A DNA stretch of 63,424 nucleotides, filler included, from Reticulomyxa filosa (GCA_000512085.1; 17 parts of 17 records of this genome joined end to end with filler, not necessarily neighbours in it); one strand, 5' to 3'. Shown: positions 25,490-40,368, counted from the first letter of the whole stretch. Numbers and translations: made by a program. The notes: generated by a model from the sequence alone, not told the origin.

Positions 25490-26204
25490 GCAGTTGTAAG
25501 TTGATCCGTAGCTTTTCGTTGGGAAGCGGAAGTAGGATAGGAACAGTAGTCTTCAATCGTTTGTTGTATTTTCTGGACCAAGATATACCGCAACCTTTAT
25601 ATGTTTTGTTTTCGTCTGTCCTTAGTTTCGTGTTGGAGAAAAACAAAACCAAGCAAACAACAATTGGCTGGTACTTACAAAAATGTGTCACGTTGCCTCA
25701 AAGTGCAATTACACATTATTGCTCCGAGGGGGAAAATAACGATAATGGGGATAGGTGTTGTCATTTGCATTTTTTTTGCTGCGTCGTTCTTTGTTAGTTC
25801 CACGCAAATCAAAACATGAAAAAACGCTACGACAAAAATACGATAATGTTTGGGAAAAGATAGAATTGCTTGTCGGTGACAAAAGTCTTACCGCAATGAG
25901 ATTGCATATCCTGTTGGTGGCATTTGTGATGATAGCAATTAAATGGCTCTTTGATGAATCGTACGAAAATGTGTTGTTTGCTGCTATAGTAATGAGACCG
26001 GTGCAATATATTAATGCATTGGAACTCGCTGCGTATGTACAAGTTTTTTTTTACCTACAAAAAATAACTGAGAGTCAACTTATTTGTTGTGTTCATAGCA
26101 TTCAAATATTGGACTATCGTTTTCAAATACAAACTAAAAAAGACAAAGTACAATTTGCAATATATCAACAAGAAATTCAAACAATGGTTTCCAAAAATGT
26201 TTGA
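25490..26204 (+). pseudogene. Degraded multi-TM membrane protein fragment
   Basis: Hydrophobic helices (IMGIGVVICIFFAASFF; LHILLVAFVMIAIKWLF) in shifting frames with stops. Confidence 0.3.
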
Positions 26205-26610
26205 TTTACACTTGTTGTGTTGTCTAGATTTTGATCATGTTTAAAGCTTTATTATAGTCATATTTTTTCGGATTGATTTTCCAAGCATCAACAAAGGCGT
26301 TGATCGCAATTTATTTTTTTTTATACCTCGCTCTAATTTCTGTAGCAAGGAGAGGTGCAACATTTCGTAAAATTTTATAAGAGAATATCATTCATTTGCA
26401 AAAAAAAATACTATTAAGATCTTCTATGATACAACAAGTTTGCCAGGAATGTATATGACACTTTTAGTTGACCAATTTTTGCACATGTACCTTTTCATTT
26501 TAAAATTGCCNNNNNNNNNNNNNNNNNNNNNNNNNNNNNNNNNNNNNNNNNNNNTTAATTAATTAANNNNNNNNNNNNNNNNNNNNNNNNNNNNNNNNNN
26601 NNNNNNNNNN

Positions 26611-27176
26611 ACAACGACAATGGCCACAACCATCACAACAGCAACATCAACAACAACAATGGCCACAACAGCAGCAGCCCGACTAGCGACGACAGTACCA
26701 GCAACAACAAAGTATGGAAAAAAAATGAGAGTGATGGGTATTTGTGTGTATGTCAAATCTATGCATGTACGTATACGTACATATGAATATATTTTTTTTT
26801 TATTTATGTATGTAAATGTATAATATAGATTTGAGCGACGTCGACGACGACAATGAAAGAACAATGACGGTGAAGATGGTGGCGTTAGTGATTGAAGAAA
26901 GTTGGAAGAATAGGTGGAAAATGGGGAAGAAAGAAGAAGAAAAAAAGTAAATTTATTGTGATGAAATCACACCACCAATATGTTAACATATATATATATT
27001 TTTTAAATAAAATATTTATTTGATTATGTATGTGCATGTGTTTTTTTATTTATATAGACTGGCCACAACATCAACAGCAACAACAATTGCGACTATGGCC
27101 ACAGCAACAACAGCAGTGGCAGTCACAACAGGAATTGCTACAATGGCAACTACAAGAGCACCAGCAGCAAAGTATG
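26611..27176 (+). repeat. Diverged duplicated CAA/CAG-rich unit
   Basis: 26620-26716 and 27060-27176 share TGGCCACAAC...GCA(A/G)CAAAGTATG followed by similar TTTGTGTGT tracts. Confidence 0.6.
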
Positions 27177-30100
27177 ACATTAATTAAATTTTGTGTGTGT
27201 ATGTGTTTTTTTTATTTATCAAGAAGTGGCACCATGGTGATGGATGGTGCAGTTGCAAATAATATTTGAAATTATTTTTTATTTAATACTGATATAAGCA
27301 TCCATTTATGTTGGTTATATTGCCATAACCAACATAAACTGGTCGCCATTTTTGATAGGGGCGTTTGCCTCATAAATCCGCAACATAAGTTGCCTTTAAA
27401 ATAAAAAAAAGTAATTTAAAATATATATATTATGAGTTGTTTAGTCCCCTTACCGAAAGGTATGCGGGAGCACAAACACATACATTTAATATATATGATG
27501 TTTTTTTAAAAATAAAATATTAAATATATTTTTATTCTATTTTATTTTGTTAATATTTTAATTTGTTTAAATCTTTTTTCTATTTAACATCAACATACAA
27601 GTTTTCTACTTTTATTATATCATGTTGATTTAAATCAATTAAATCTTGTGGAATTTGTATTGCTATATATGGTACATTTTCTAATCAAATGCTTTCACAT
27701 AATAACTATTCAAAAACAACTTACTATTTTATTTATTAAAAAAAATNNNNNNNNNNNNNNNNNNNNNNNNNNNNNNNNNNNNNNNNNNNNTTAATTAATT
27801 AANNNNNNNNNNNNNNNNNNNNNNNNNNNNNNNNNNNNNNNNNNNNATCAACGAATAATCCAATATATTTCTCTCTTTGTGTTTGGCATCGTCTTCACTT
27901 TTTCCAGTTCTTTCAATGTTTGTCATTTTCATTTTTTTACTGAAATTGCTGTTGAGTCAACAGAACCAATCGAATGTAACAATTATCAATCGATTGTCCA
28001 ACCCATCATTTGATAGGTAATGTTCTTTCAGCTTCATCTTTTTCATCTTCTTTTCTGTAAGATTCTGTTTCAGACCTATTTGTTCACACATGACTGCAGT
28101 TTTTTCTTTTGATTTTTTGGGGGTTTTATTTTTTGAGTCTTTTTTTTTAAAACAAAAATAGTTGTTCAATAATTTTTATTTAGATTTCAATATTTCTGGA
28201 TTATTTGCAAAAAAAAATTTTTTGCATATTTACCACAAACTTTTTCTTATTTTTGCCTTAAAATGACTTTATTTCTCATTGAACGTCCTTCAGTTTCAGT
28301 TTGCTAAGCAGAAGTGGAAGGGACAAACTGAGAAGAAAATGTTGAGTGAAGATCTCCGTTATTCAAGAAGTAGCATGAAATCTCCGTTGGTGTTGGTGGT
28401 ACTGCTTGTATTCAATGCAGTCGTGGTGCTGCTAAATTCAACTAAGACAAACACAAGAGGGACTAACGGACAAACACACTCCAATCAGCACATCAATACA
28501 AACACAATGATAATGACACGTTATACGCCACTCAATCACTTAGCCAACTATATGTGCAAATGCCAATATCTAACATTTTACAATAACATGGCAAGAGCAT
28601 CCTCAATACAGATTTCTAGCAAAGAGTCGATGCAATCAAAAAACAACATTATACGTATTCTACAAATCACTTTTGTTAATAATGCAAAGCAGTCCAGGAA
28701 TAGTTTGTGCACAAAAATATCGCAAATGAATAATTTCAGATCCACTTCGAGTATAATACTGACAATGTATAAATTGAAAATCAAAGCAGCAATATTCAGG
28801 TACATAACATGGATGGAAAGACTAATTAAAAAAAAATGTTCATGAACAGAGGAGGTTTACGTATATCACAATAAAGTAAGGGTGATGATTTATTGTGTAT
28901 AATGGATTTTATCTTTATACAAAAAACAAAAATAACAGTGAATTGAGAAATAGCATATCGGAGGTAATGATAAGCACGCCACCATCTAATACAGTGTGCA
29001 ACATTCAAAAGCGAGTATGTATTGGAGATGCTGTCTGTAATGAATTGTTTTGTGTACAATGTTGCGACAAGCAAGAACGCAACCACCAATACCATCTTGC
29101 AGATTTTTTGTCAGCGTCTCGTTTTCTAATACAGTCCAACTTCAAGTCTAAAATCTATTGTCAAAGTTCGCCTGCTGCTTTGTCCAATACTACAATGTTA
29201 AATTCTTTTTTTTTTACTTACATTTTTTTGTCTAAGAATAAGCAAACAAAAAAAATTAGATTACGCGATACGCAGTGCCTTGATGAATGGAAAATGGAAA
29301 AGCGACGCAGATTGGAAATATTATCCAACCAGCTGGAACAAAATGTGACAGCAAGACAGTCGCTCTATCTCCATTGACCAAGCCATACATTTAATGATAG
29401 AACCGCTATTCGCGCAAATGAGGAAATTGGGCGACAACGCATCCGACAAACAAGTTGGTCGTGGTACCCATCATCATCTACGCAACTTAGCGCCATATCA
29501 ACAAAGGCGTGCTCTCACAAGGCACTTAGCCTCAACGCAAGATTGTATGCAATGGACAAACTCGCATTGCAAAATTATCTATTACATACCAAATACTTAC
29601 ATCCAACTTAGCAAATTACAATAACTTGGATATTCACTCAAATTGACTATCAACAAGACGTCGGCGATGTTATGAATTGTGCCAAGTTATTTTTATTTTG
29701 TTTTTATTTCTGTTGAATAATACATATTATCTTTTGTTTGTTACATGTGTACAGAAAATACTTATGAAGTTCAGCGATGGCAAACAATTACTATTGCGTT
29801 TTGCAATGCGAGATTTGCTGCAAAATACCAGCAGAAGGTAAGTTTTTTATTTTTCACTTATGTTCAATTTGTAACTATTGCTTGTGTTTATTTTCAATAG
29901 GATCACCAATTGTAATGAAAAATAGAAGAACCTGGGGTAGAAACCACTCCAGTCTCCGCAAGGGGAAAATCAGGTTTGTCCTATTTATTTACATTTTTTT
30001 ATATTTTCAAATATTTTATGTTTTATAATATAGGTTCCCCCGTCCTGGCAAAATTAACACTATGTTCGACTCACTCAACGTACACAAAAAAAAAATGGGG

Positions 30101-32169
30101 TTGAAATCTACTCCGTTTGTGAAAAAATAAAAAAAGGTTTGTATATGTTTTATTTATTTATATATGTACATATATCAATTTGTAAAAAATGTTTGTACTT
30201 GTTGTTGAATAGGAATTCCCCCAATGAAACATCTATATTTGTATATTTGTATGTTTGTGTATTTATTTGTTTCCAACACATCAAATAAAAAACAAAAGTG
30301 TGTTTAGTGTTTTATCATAGGAAAAAGTCATTATTGAACCATCGACTAATAACAGTTATGAATATGTTTTTATTTATTCTTTAAAAAATTATAACTTTGT
30401 TTGTGTTTGTATATAGGTATCCGGCGCAAAAAAATATATGTGTTATTTATTTGAAAAAAAATGTATAAAATAAAGTAAAGTGGAGTGGGAAAAAAAGGGT
30501 ATAATAAAAATAAAACGATAATAAATAAGAAAAAAAGTGGTGAAAAAGTAAAAATGATGGAAATGAAAAAAAATGTAATAATAAAAAAAAAGATGTAATA
30601 AAATAGTATTAGAAAAATAAATATTTTGATAAATAAAAAAGAATAAGAAAGAAAAAAATAAATGAAAATAAAATAATAATAATAAATAAGAAGAAGAAAT
30701 TGTAATTTTTATTTTTTTATATTGAAAAAATGGTTGATATCCTGCGTGAGGATAACAACGAAGTTAAGTTATATTCTTTTTCTTTGTGTGTTTGTTTTTT
30801 AAAAAAATTTGAAGCATAAGTATCATTATAGAATCAAACTGAGTATCCTACAAATCGCGCATGCGACGGCAATGGCAAGGATTGTATCAATAAGCGCAAA
30901 GATCAGGCCAATGACAATGAAACGAAGAAGAAAAGAAAATCTTGGATGTGCAGATCAATCTTTGGCGAGGAAATTTGTCAAAGTGATAATTTGGAGTTTT
31001 TGTATGCGCTCAAGGCAGGAAGAAATAAAATGAATTATTGTTGAAAAGTGATCCAAAATTGGTTCAATGACTGTTCGTCGTCCAACTTCTATTACACTAC
31101 TCCACTATTGCACCAACGTCAACACATGAAATGTATCAATGCAGAAAAAAAACATGTATTTGTCGATTTCACGTAGCTCCTGTGGATACCATAATGCCAA
31201 ATCCTACTTACATATCAAAAGCAGAAAAAGGTCAATTAGTTGAATTCAATTTGGAACAAGCAGTTACCTTTTTCTTTACTAATTTTCAATTGGCGTGTTA
31301 TTCATGTATATATGTATATAGATTTGAAATAGCACAAATCGTTGTCCAAGTGAAAGCGTTAGAGTTTCCGTAATCTTGGTATTGGCTCCTCCAATTGGTA
31401 TTTGAGAAATTGCATTGCCTGATATTAAAGTGCAACTCGTATCACGAATCACCACCGAGAATGACACAGATGATGTGCTCTATTTCAGGGTATGCATTTT
31501 ATTTTATAATGTTTTCGGTTGTTGTAATGTGTTGCAATAAAAACAATGTAAACATGGACTTTTCATTGTAGAGTGAGTTACTTCAGATTTGGAGTGAATG
31601 AGAAAGAGGAAAAGAAAAAAAGTGCCGAGCAGCACAATGGGTCAATTCAAGAAATATGTGAAGTGGTGATGAATCATGCAAGGAGAAAATGTAAATGAAG
31701 AGTGTCGATATAATCAAGTGGTAAAAGACATTGGAGTATGTTTCATCAAGAATCTGAGATGTTATGGAGATATCTCCAAGATGCAATTGGTATGACCTTC
31801 GTGTCGATTTGGTGGAAGACAATAAACTTGTGATATATTGCAATTTAATTGCAAAAGAATCATGGCTATTATCATCAAAGAAGATTGGCAGGAAATGATT
31901 AAATGGACTATTTCATTCTATGATTGGAGTGCCTTTGGAAGAGGACTGAGGTTAAAAAAACATTGATTATTTTTATCTTTCTTTCAAAGCAGCTTGCATT
32001 GATGTATTGTTTGTTTTTACAACAGCTAGAATACACTAAGTCAACTGGTGGTGGAATCTCAAATGAAGAAAAAGATGATGTACTGAATGCAGAAGCAAAC
32101 AATGCTATATTAATGAGAACGGGCGTTAGAAAAATTAAAAAAAAAATTAACATGTAGAAAGTAATAATA

Positions 32170-32830
32170 TAGTGACCCTCCCATTATAAACAGCGTCAAT
32201 AACAGCGAATAGTGTCAATGCGAAAGATACATGAAAATGTTGAACCGGGAAACAATATCGGGAGTGCCATATCCACTAAGTGAAATACAAACTGGTGGAA
32301 CTTTTCCAAGGCAACATCCGAGTCAAGAAAATATTGTATATCCTTCTCACAATGCAATATTCCCGTCTCGCAAATATATGAACAATCCTGCCATCATAAA
32401 TATAAGTACGACTAGTCACTCAGTGTTGAAACAATGCCGACCTCTTGCCTAGAGAGAAAGCAGAGACCCAATACATTAAATAATGACCAAGTCATTGTAT
32501 TAAATTTGAATAAAAATAAGACAACAAATATTGTCTTCCAATCGATTGCCATTTCTATTGGCTCCATTTTATCGCCATTGCCGTTATTACAGTAATCTAA
32601 TCTTGGGATTATAGCTGTACCAACGTACATTCTCTTCTTCACTAATTGCATTGACGGCTGCCAAAGACGTCTTTGATTGAAATACTATCGTTATCATCGA
32701 TTCCGATTTTTATTGCAAAGCGTGTGATTGCTGCGCCAGTAAAAGAAAGCAAGTACGCTTATCACGATCTCGGAGCCAACACAAAAAACGGAAATGAAGA
32801 CCAGCATTGCTACAATATATACATATACAT
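32170..32830 (-). pseudogene. Degraded Ca2+/cation antiporter (CaCA/NCKX-like) C-terminal half
   Basis: Remnants VGTAIIP (cf. GTSxPE), EMAI, SLFNVLGL (cf. GSNxFN), FIYLRDGNIAL*EGY (cf. DGxIxxxEG). Many stops and frameshifts. Confidence 0.4.
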
Positions 32831-33597
32831 ACATATTAGCAATATTGTCCGTTCGGTCCCTTTCGTGATGTAACAGACATATGTTCTTGTTGGAGTGAAG
32901 TTGTAACCGAGTATGTTTAATGTATGCCGTTCTTAGTGCGATAAGTACTCTAGGTAATTCCAAAGATCTACTGTGCCTGTACATTAACAAAGATGATGAA
33001 GGGCATCTGTCCAGAAATTTCTCGCGGTGACAAGAGATTATTCTTTTTATCCGTATCCATAGATGGCGATTGTACCACTTTGGTCTACGTATACTTGCCG
33101 ATCGAGGAAGTACTTACGCCATCCGAAAATGCACGACCGGAAGAAAGCATCGTGGAAACCCAATTAACTTGTTTGTGTTCGAGATCCATGTGTTGATATT
33201 GCAAGGATAGCTCAGTGTATTGTTGTGGAACACTACGCGATATGTAAATGTGTCCGTGTTCGTAATCCATTCAGTTAGTTTTCTATTAACAGCTCCTCGT
33301 TGTGTCGGTTTGCTAGCAATGTCAACACAGTTTTCTGTCGAACAGTTTCGTATTTGAGCAAGGATCGTTCGACGGACATGCATTCATGTCGACAGTCGTT
33401 GCCAATGTCGTCCATACAACCAAATTACTACACCACAATGACAAGATCTTGTTTATCATTTTTTTTTTTTTTTTTGTTGGCTGTTCAATAGCTGTGCNNN
33501 NNNNNNNNNNNNNNNNNNNNNNNNNNNNNNNNNNNNNNNNNTTAATTAATTAANNNNNNNNNNNNNNNNNNNNNNNNNNNNNNNNNNNNNNNNNNNN

Positions 33598-36323
33598 TTG
33601 AATTATTGTATGGATAAGTTAAATGATAAAAATAAACATCAGAATATTCGTATCAAGTGCATTCAATTTCTTAAAATAATTTCAAACCAATGTAATGAAC
33701 AACAATTGAATAAAGCTTTTAAATCTTCAATAAATATATTCAATGATGGAAATAATGATACAAATTTACGTAAGGGATGTGCAGAATTACTTGGAGCAAT
33801 TGCAGTGAATCTAAATGGAAAGCATTTCGATGATACTTTTCAATGTTTGATAAATGGATTAAGAGATAGTGATTGGAGTGTTCAATACTCATGCGTAAAA
33901 TCACTTGTAACACTTTCAAAGAAATGGAATGAAGAACAATTGGATATTACTTTTCAATGTTTGATTGATGGATTTCAAAATATAAATGGATATTGTTGTT
34001 ATACATCCAGACATTTACTTGAAGGAATTGCAATGAAATTGAATGAAACACAAATCGATTTTGTTTTCACATGTTTGAATGGATTAAAAGATGAAAATGA
34101 ATGTATTCGTGCATTATGTAAAGAATCGCTTGAAACAATTTCAACAAAATTAAATGATAGACAATTGGACAGAGTTTTCAGTGCTTTCGTTCATGGGTTT
34201 AAAGATAAATATAACTGGGTTCGTGAACCATGTGCAGAATCACTTGGTATAATTGCAACAAAAGCGAGTGAGAAACAACTGGAAAAAGTGTTCGACACTT
34301 TGATGAGTGGATTAAAAGATGAATATAAAAGTATTCGTAAATCATGTGCAAAATCCCTTGAAGTAATTTCAAAAAAATTGAATGAGAAGCAACTGAAAAA
34401 AGTTGTCAACGTTTTGATGAGTGGATTAAAAGATGAAGATAAAAATATTCGTGAATCATGTGCAAAATCCCTTGAAGTAATTTCAAAAAAATTGAATGAG
34501 AAACAACTGGGAAAAGTTGTCAAAGTTTTAATAAGTGGATTAAAAGATAAAGATAAAAATATTCGTAAATCATGTGCAAAATCACTTGGAGTGATTTCAG
34601 AGAAATTGAATGAGAAACAACTGGAAAATGCAATTAATACTTTGACCGATGGATTCAAAGATAAAGATAATTATGTTTGTATATCATGTGCACAATCACT
34701 TGGAGTAATTTCAACGAATTTGACTGATAAACAACTGGAAGGGGTTTTCAATGCTTTGCCAAAGGAGCAGGAATTTAATTACTTTTTTTCATATAAAAAA
34801 GCACTTGAAGAAATTTCAACGAAATGGAATGAAAAACAATCGGAGAAGATTTTCAACGCTTTAATATTTGTTTCCAAACATTTGATCAACACAGACAACA
34901 ACTCATCTAAAGATAGATTATTGGTGGAATTACTTGAATTAATATCAACGAAATTGAATGACAAACAATTGTATTTATTGGTGATACATTTGTTGGAAAG
35001 AGCGAAAACAAAATGTAAATGGTATGTGCGAGATGCATTGACAAAAATATCCGAAGATATGTGGAAACGTGCAACAATTTGTGGATTGAAAGAAAATATC
35101 CAATTGAAAAATGAAAATACATTGACGAACGAAGAGACTTCAAATAATCGTATTTGGAAAACAGTCAACGACACGGACATTCAATTATTGGTATTTGGTT
35201 TGATGACATTTAATCCTCGTATTCAATTGAGCCGTGATGATAGTAATACCCATTCCGATGCTTTGAATAAGTTAATCAGATATTGTGATGAACAAGCTAT
35301 TGAATGGAAATTTCCAACTCATCAATCAAAGTGGAACATTGACAGAGATATTGAACGTCCTTGTTTGAATAATGAAATTGAAGAAGTTCCTAATGATGAG
35401 AATGCATTCAAAGGATGTTACACTGTTGTTCATGAAGCAGCAAGATCAGGAGACTTGTCAAAATTCAAATTGGTATTGCAAAATCATCCTGATATTGACA
35501 TAAATGATTCATGTAATGAACATCGACAAACTCCATTGCATTTGGCAATCAATTATCAACATTGGGATATTGCTCGTTATTGCATTGAACAAGGTGCATA
35601 TATTGATATCAGAGAGGGTGCTGTCAACTCTCCCATCTTAAGGACTCCTTTTGAAAATATCATGGAGTTAATTATAAAACATAAAAATGACGAGAATGAT
35701 AAAAATGATTTAGATGCAATGGAAATGTGTAAATTGATATTAAAACAACGGACAATGTATCCAATGAAAAGAATTGAATATGCAATTGATTATGTCAAAG
35801 ATAAATTGATTGATCAAAATGGTGTAATCAAAAACATTGATGAAGAGGATTATGAAACATTATTGGAAGAAGGTGCAACATTCTTATTGGGAGTAAGTCA
35901 GAAACAATTGAAAGAAACCCTAATCAAAAATAGTGTATTGTATTGGGCTGCTAGTCGAAATGTCAAGTCCATTGATATAGAAAATTCAATTAAAAAAAAA
36001 TTTGATAAGGGATGGCATCCAATGCCATTTTTAATTTTTAGAATATTTTTGTTATTTGAAATATGTGTTCGATTAAAACGAGAAGGAAGAAGTTTCATTG
36101 GATTGCCAAGACGTATGACATTTGAGCAAGTGTACGAAAAAGGTATGAAAGAATTGCAAGTTCAATTGACAACATATTGGGATTATATCACAGTTGAAGA
36201 GTTTAAACACAAATGTCCAGAGTTGATGGATGATTGGAGTTACAATGTGGTGCATCGATTGATAAATTTGGGGCCATGTAATGAAATGAGTTTGGTGGTT
36301 GGTCATGAAGATCATTGTATTTA
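33598..36323 (+). CDS. HEAT-repeat (PBS-lyase-like) + ankyrin-repeat protein, both ends truncated
   Basis: Whole contig is one intronless open frame. 39-aa repeats GLKDE..IRxSCAKSLxVIS..LNEKQL; ankyrins TVVHEAARSG and QTPLHLAI. Confidence 0.92.
34195..34745 (+). repeat. 117-bp coding tandem repeat (HEAT units)
   Basis: GGATTAAAAGAT-type starts recur at 34309, 34426, 34543 spacing (117 bp) with high nucleotide identity. Confidence 0.9.
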
Positions 36324-37308
36324 NNNNNNNNNNNNNNNNNNNNNNNNNNNNNNNNNNNNNNNNNNNNTTAATTAATTAANNNNNNNNNNNNNNNNNNNNN
36401 NNNNNNNNNNNNNNNNNNNNNNNTTTTTTTTTAAAAATATATACAAATCTTGTAGTTTTTAAATATATTTTTTAAAAAAAATTAAGTCTAAATGTTGATT
36501 TTTCAATGAGAAAATCGATTATATTCATATAGTGTCATTTATGTATTGCAGTTTTTTTTGCAATATACTGTAGTACAAGTAACAAAATGAAAAAAAAGTC
36601 GTCAAATATGATAACGTTGAAATATTGTACTTATTTAACTACTAGTAATAACTAGTTACAAACTCACAATTGATTTAACATGAAATTATATTTAGCAATT
36701 AAACAAAGACTAATTTCGCAAAGCTACACTTTATAAATATTTAATTTGTTTATTCGTTAAAAAAAATATTATTTAGCTTTATTTTCTTCTTAAATTTGAC
36801 TTTGTACAAATTAGACAATAAGGATATAAAAAGATTGAATAAATTTGCTTGTTCATTTTTCATTAGTAATTACCGAACAACTAGTTTATTGTTAAATTAT
36901 CACCATGAATTATATCAAAACATGATTCAAAAAAATATTTTTTAGTACTTGTTGTAATTGAAAGTGTTCACTTTTCACTAATTTTTACTTGTTATCTTGA
37001 AAGTTCTTTTCTTTTTGATTGCTATATACAATAACAAAAAAATTTACGCAGCAGCATTGTATTACAAAAATTATCAATGAAGGGATGCACACTTGACTTA
37101 CAAATTAAAGAATACTTTCGTTCTCTTTGGCTCAAAAGGAAAAAAAACAAAAAAGCTTTAATATTTAGTTAATAATTAGCATACAATTACTAATTAAAGA
37201 CGCGACCAAACAAAAACTCACAAAAAACGAAAACCAGTTATTTACCCCTAAAAAAACGAGACCAACAAAGGAATCATAAACAAATATTTTGTCTTTTTCT
37301 TTAATTAC

Positions 37309-40300
37309 TTAAAACTCAGATACAGCTCCATGTTGGCTATTTAAACACACAATACAAATCAAATTTTATTTTAGAACATTTTTGCAAAGAAAAAAACTTA
37401 ACTGTGCGATTCGGACAAAAATTTGTTCCAATGTGGTTTGATTTAAGGCATAAGTTATGATGGATAGTTTTTCCTTCAAATTTTCCATTACCCGAAATAC
37501 TTGTGCTAATGTCATCGATTCTTTCTTTTCAAAAGAAAGCTCGAACGTTGCTTTATTTTGGTTGGCTTCAATAAGGTTCACCGTAAAGTGCTCCTTTAAT
37601 GCAGCTTCCGCATCTATTCTAAGTTGGGCCTTTTGCTGTTGCAATTCGCGATCAGCGAATGTAATATCCAATTGATAGCCTTTTCCAAATCGCGATTTTA
37701 AGTGCTGTGGAGTTCCTTTTTTTTTTCCCACCCAGAAAAATTACTTTGTATCTTTTTTATGCAAAAATGGAAACATAATTTTCTAGCAGAACATACCCAA
37801 ACATCGCAATTGACCATTTACCATAATACCCAAGCGGTGACATAATGCTTCGCACTCTTCCATTGAATGCGTTGTCAAAATGACACATCTACCTTCCATT
37901 GTCGTATTTATAAATTGCCACATTTGACGTCGTGAGACTGGGTCCATTCCTGTTTTGAGTATATGTTCAATTTTTTTGCAATACGATCTGTTATTTGCAA
38001 CATATGAAAGAAAAAAAAAAAAGATTGAGTATTTTCATTCGACCACGGCCCCGTTGTGTCATTTGGAAAATTAGTAAATACCTGTGCTTGGTTCATCTGT
38101 GCAATAAGTCCAAACAAGACACACAAAATCATTTTTAAAAAATGCATATACGTACACATGGAGACAAGTTACATTACCCAAGAAAACAACAGGTGGGTTT
38201 CCAATCATTGCGATAGCAGCAGACAATTTGCGTTTGTTTCCTCCACTGTAGGTTCCCGCCTTTCTGTTTCTGTATTTGGTAAGCGACAATGCCTTCAGCA
38301 AGACCTTAATTTGATCTTCCAATTCCTGTCCTTTCAATCCTTTCACGCTTCCATAGAACTTCAAGTGTTCGTAGGCCGTCAATAAATCAAAAATGGCGTC
38401 AAATTGAGGACAGTAACCAATGCGTCGTCTTGCTTCAATTTGGTTTCGGATTGAAACACCATAAATGAAGGCATGTCCAGAGCTGGGATGTGTGTCTCCA
38501 GTCAGCATTTTCAGTGTTGTCGTTTTACCAGCGCCATTCACACTGTAAACAAGAGAAAGAGAGGGAGAGATATCAAAAACACACATGATATATATATATA
38601 TATATACATGTATATACAATATAAGATACACACACGAATGGACAACACAGTACAAACTAATACATAAACGCATACTAAACCCAAGAAATCCAAAGACTTG
38701 GCCTTGAGGAATTCCAAACCATAAATCTTGAACGGCGACTTTGACCGATGGTCCTGCTTCTGGATTTGCATTGGGTTTCTTATACACCTTGCGGAGCCCA
38801 CAGATATGCACAGTATCGCGGTTCGTTGCTCCTTCTTGTAATGTGTTTTCTACCGTCAGTTCTGCACGAATTCTTTTTTGCTCTTCCAACACATCTGAGT
38901 CCAATGGCTCTTCAATCTGATGTTCCACCCCCCCCATTTGGATAATCATTAATTTAATCATTTCAAAAGATTTTTTTTTCCCTCCCTCCCCTTTGGCACA
39001 ATTTTGCAAAGTATCAGGAGATTGGTTGAATCTCACTCAACTGATTTTTCAATATTAATATTGAAACCCAATTGGGTCATCAAAGATGGGAAGCCAGAGA
39101 TGTACTCGATCGCCAGCAACAATGCAAAATACAATATTGTTTCTATTGCCATGGCCACAAAGCTTTCACCAGTCAAATCGTAATCCCAGTAGCTCTTGTT
39201 TTGGAACGCAAAGGGTTTAAACGATATCAAAATTAGTGAATACGACAGGCAATACATTGGAGAGGCACGGAAGAAATATTTAAGACTGAACCAACATTTG
39301 AAAACAACAGGGGGAAAAAAACAAACAAACAAGATTTACATTATGATCTGATAAAATCGAATCAAGTACTTGTTTTACTTTACTTAACACATCATTGACT
39401 TGTCTTGTTGTGTCGCTAATCGTCATTAAGACAAAGGTGACAATGGCCAACACCAATCCCAATAATATATACAAAGCGGCCAACGAAGCCTGGGCTTTGT
39501 CCGGCGAGTCAAAGAGAAGCGAGAGGAGGTATGTGAAAGGGAGCACTGATGTCAAAAAAAAAATGATGGACAAAATGAAAGGGGCTTCTGCGGCGCCAGT
39601 GAACGAATCGACGCCGAAAATGTGCACCATTGCTACAATTAACGCACACGTTGGAACAGCCACCAAAAAGTCGGCGACAAACTGTCCGGACCAGTAACTG
39701 ACAAAAGATACTCCGGACACCATTTGCTGATGCTTCATTTGTTGTTTTCGTTCCATCACGATCGGGAACACAAGTCCTACAGGCACAAATACTAAGGCAA
39801 TTGTCAAGGCAATAGAAGCAGTCAGGCCCACAATACTTCCAGCAAACACTTTTTCCGAATTTGTGGCGGGCAGTGGATGTGTTGATGTTATTATACTGAC
39901 TTGGGTGAGGTTCGAGAAACATCGTTTCAATACCCAATTGTCGATCATGCTATCGATTTTTAAGAGATTTGCACAAAACGTTTAAATAACTACAAAAAAA
40001 AAAAAAACACTGTTGAAAAACATACGTATACGTATACGCACACAAACCTGAACACTATTGGGAACCCATGCACGGCAGACAAGTTGAATCCACCACTAAT
40101 TTGATTTACTACTGTTGGCTTAAAGTAAATTGAGGTATAGTGCAATTTGCTTGAGTCACTTCGATGGTTTAGTAATTGGGTTTTCCACGCCACTTCCGTT
40201 GCATTTTCTTCATTGGACGTGGGTTCAACAGGATAATACACAAAGGTTCCCCATTCGCTTTGCAAATCGACTTTGTAGGTAGCATTCCATTCGGGATCAT

Positions 40301-40368
40301 TGTACAATTCATTCGAAGACTTTCCTACAAAGCTTGCATAAGGGACTTTGTATACGTCAGGCGAATAC
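37309..40368 (-). CDS. ABCA: ABC transporter subfamily A, C-terminal half (spliced, 5' truncated)
   Basis: [22 protein letters not shown]2; FGFLG|[31 protein letters not shown]|DEPSTG|[17 protein letters not shown]|[20 protein letters not shown]. Confidence 0.95.

Noticed and set aside
26611-27270. Poly-Thr/poly-Gln ORFs as real proteins
   Set aside because: Frame cannot be determined; simple trinucleotide composition accounts for the ORFs.
34195-34745. CRISPR-like array
   Set aside because: Repeats are 117-bp in-frame coding units without unique spacers; no cas genes.
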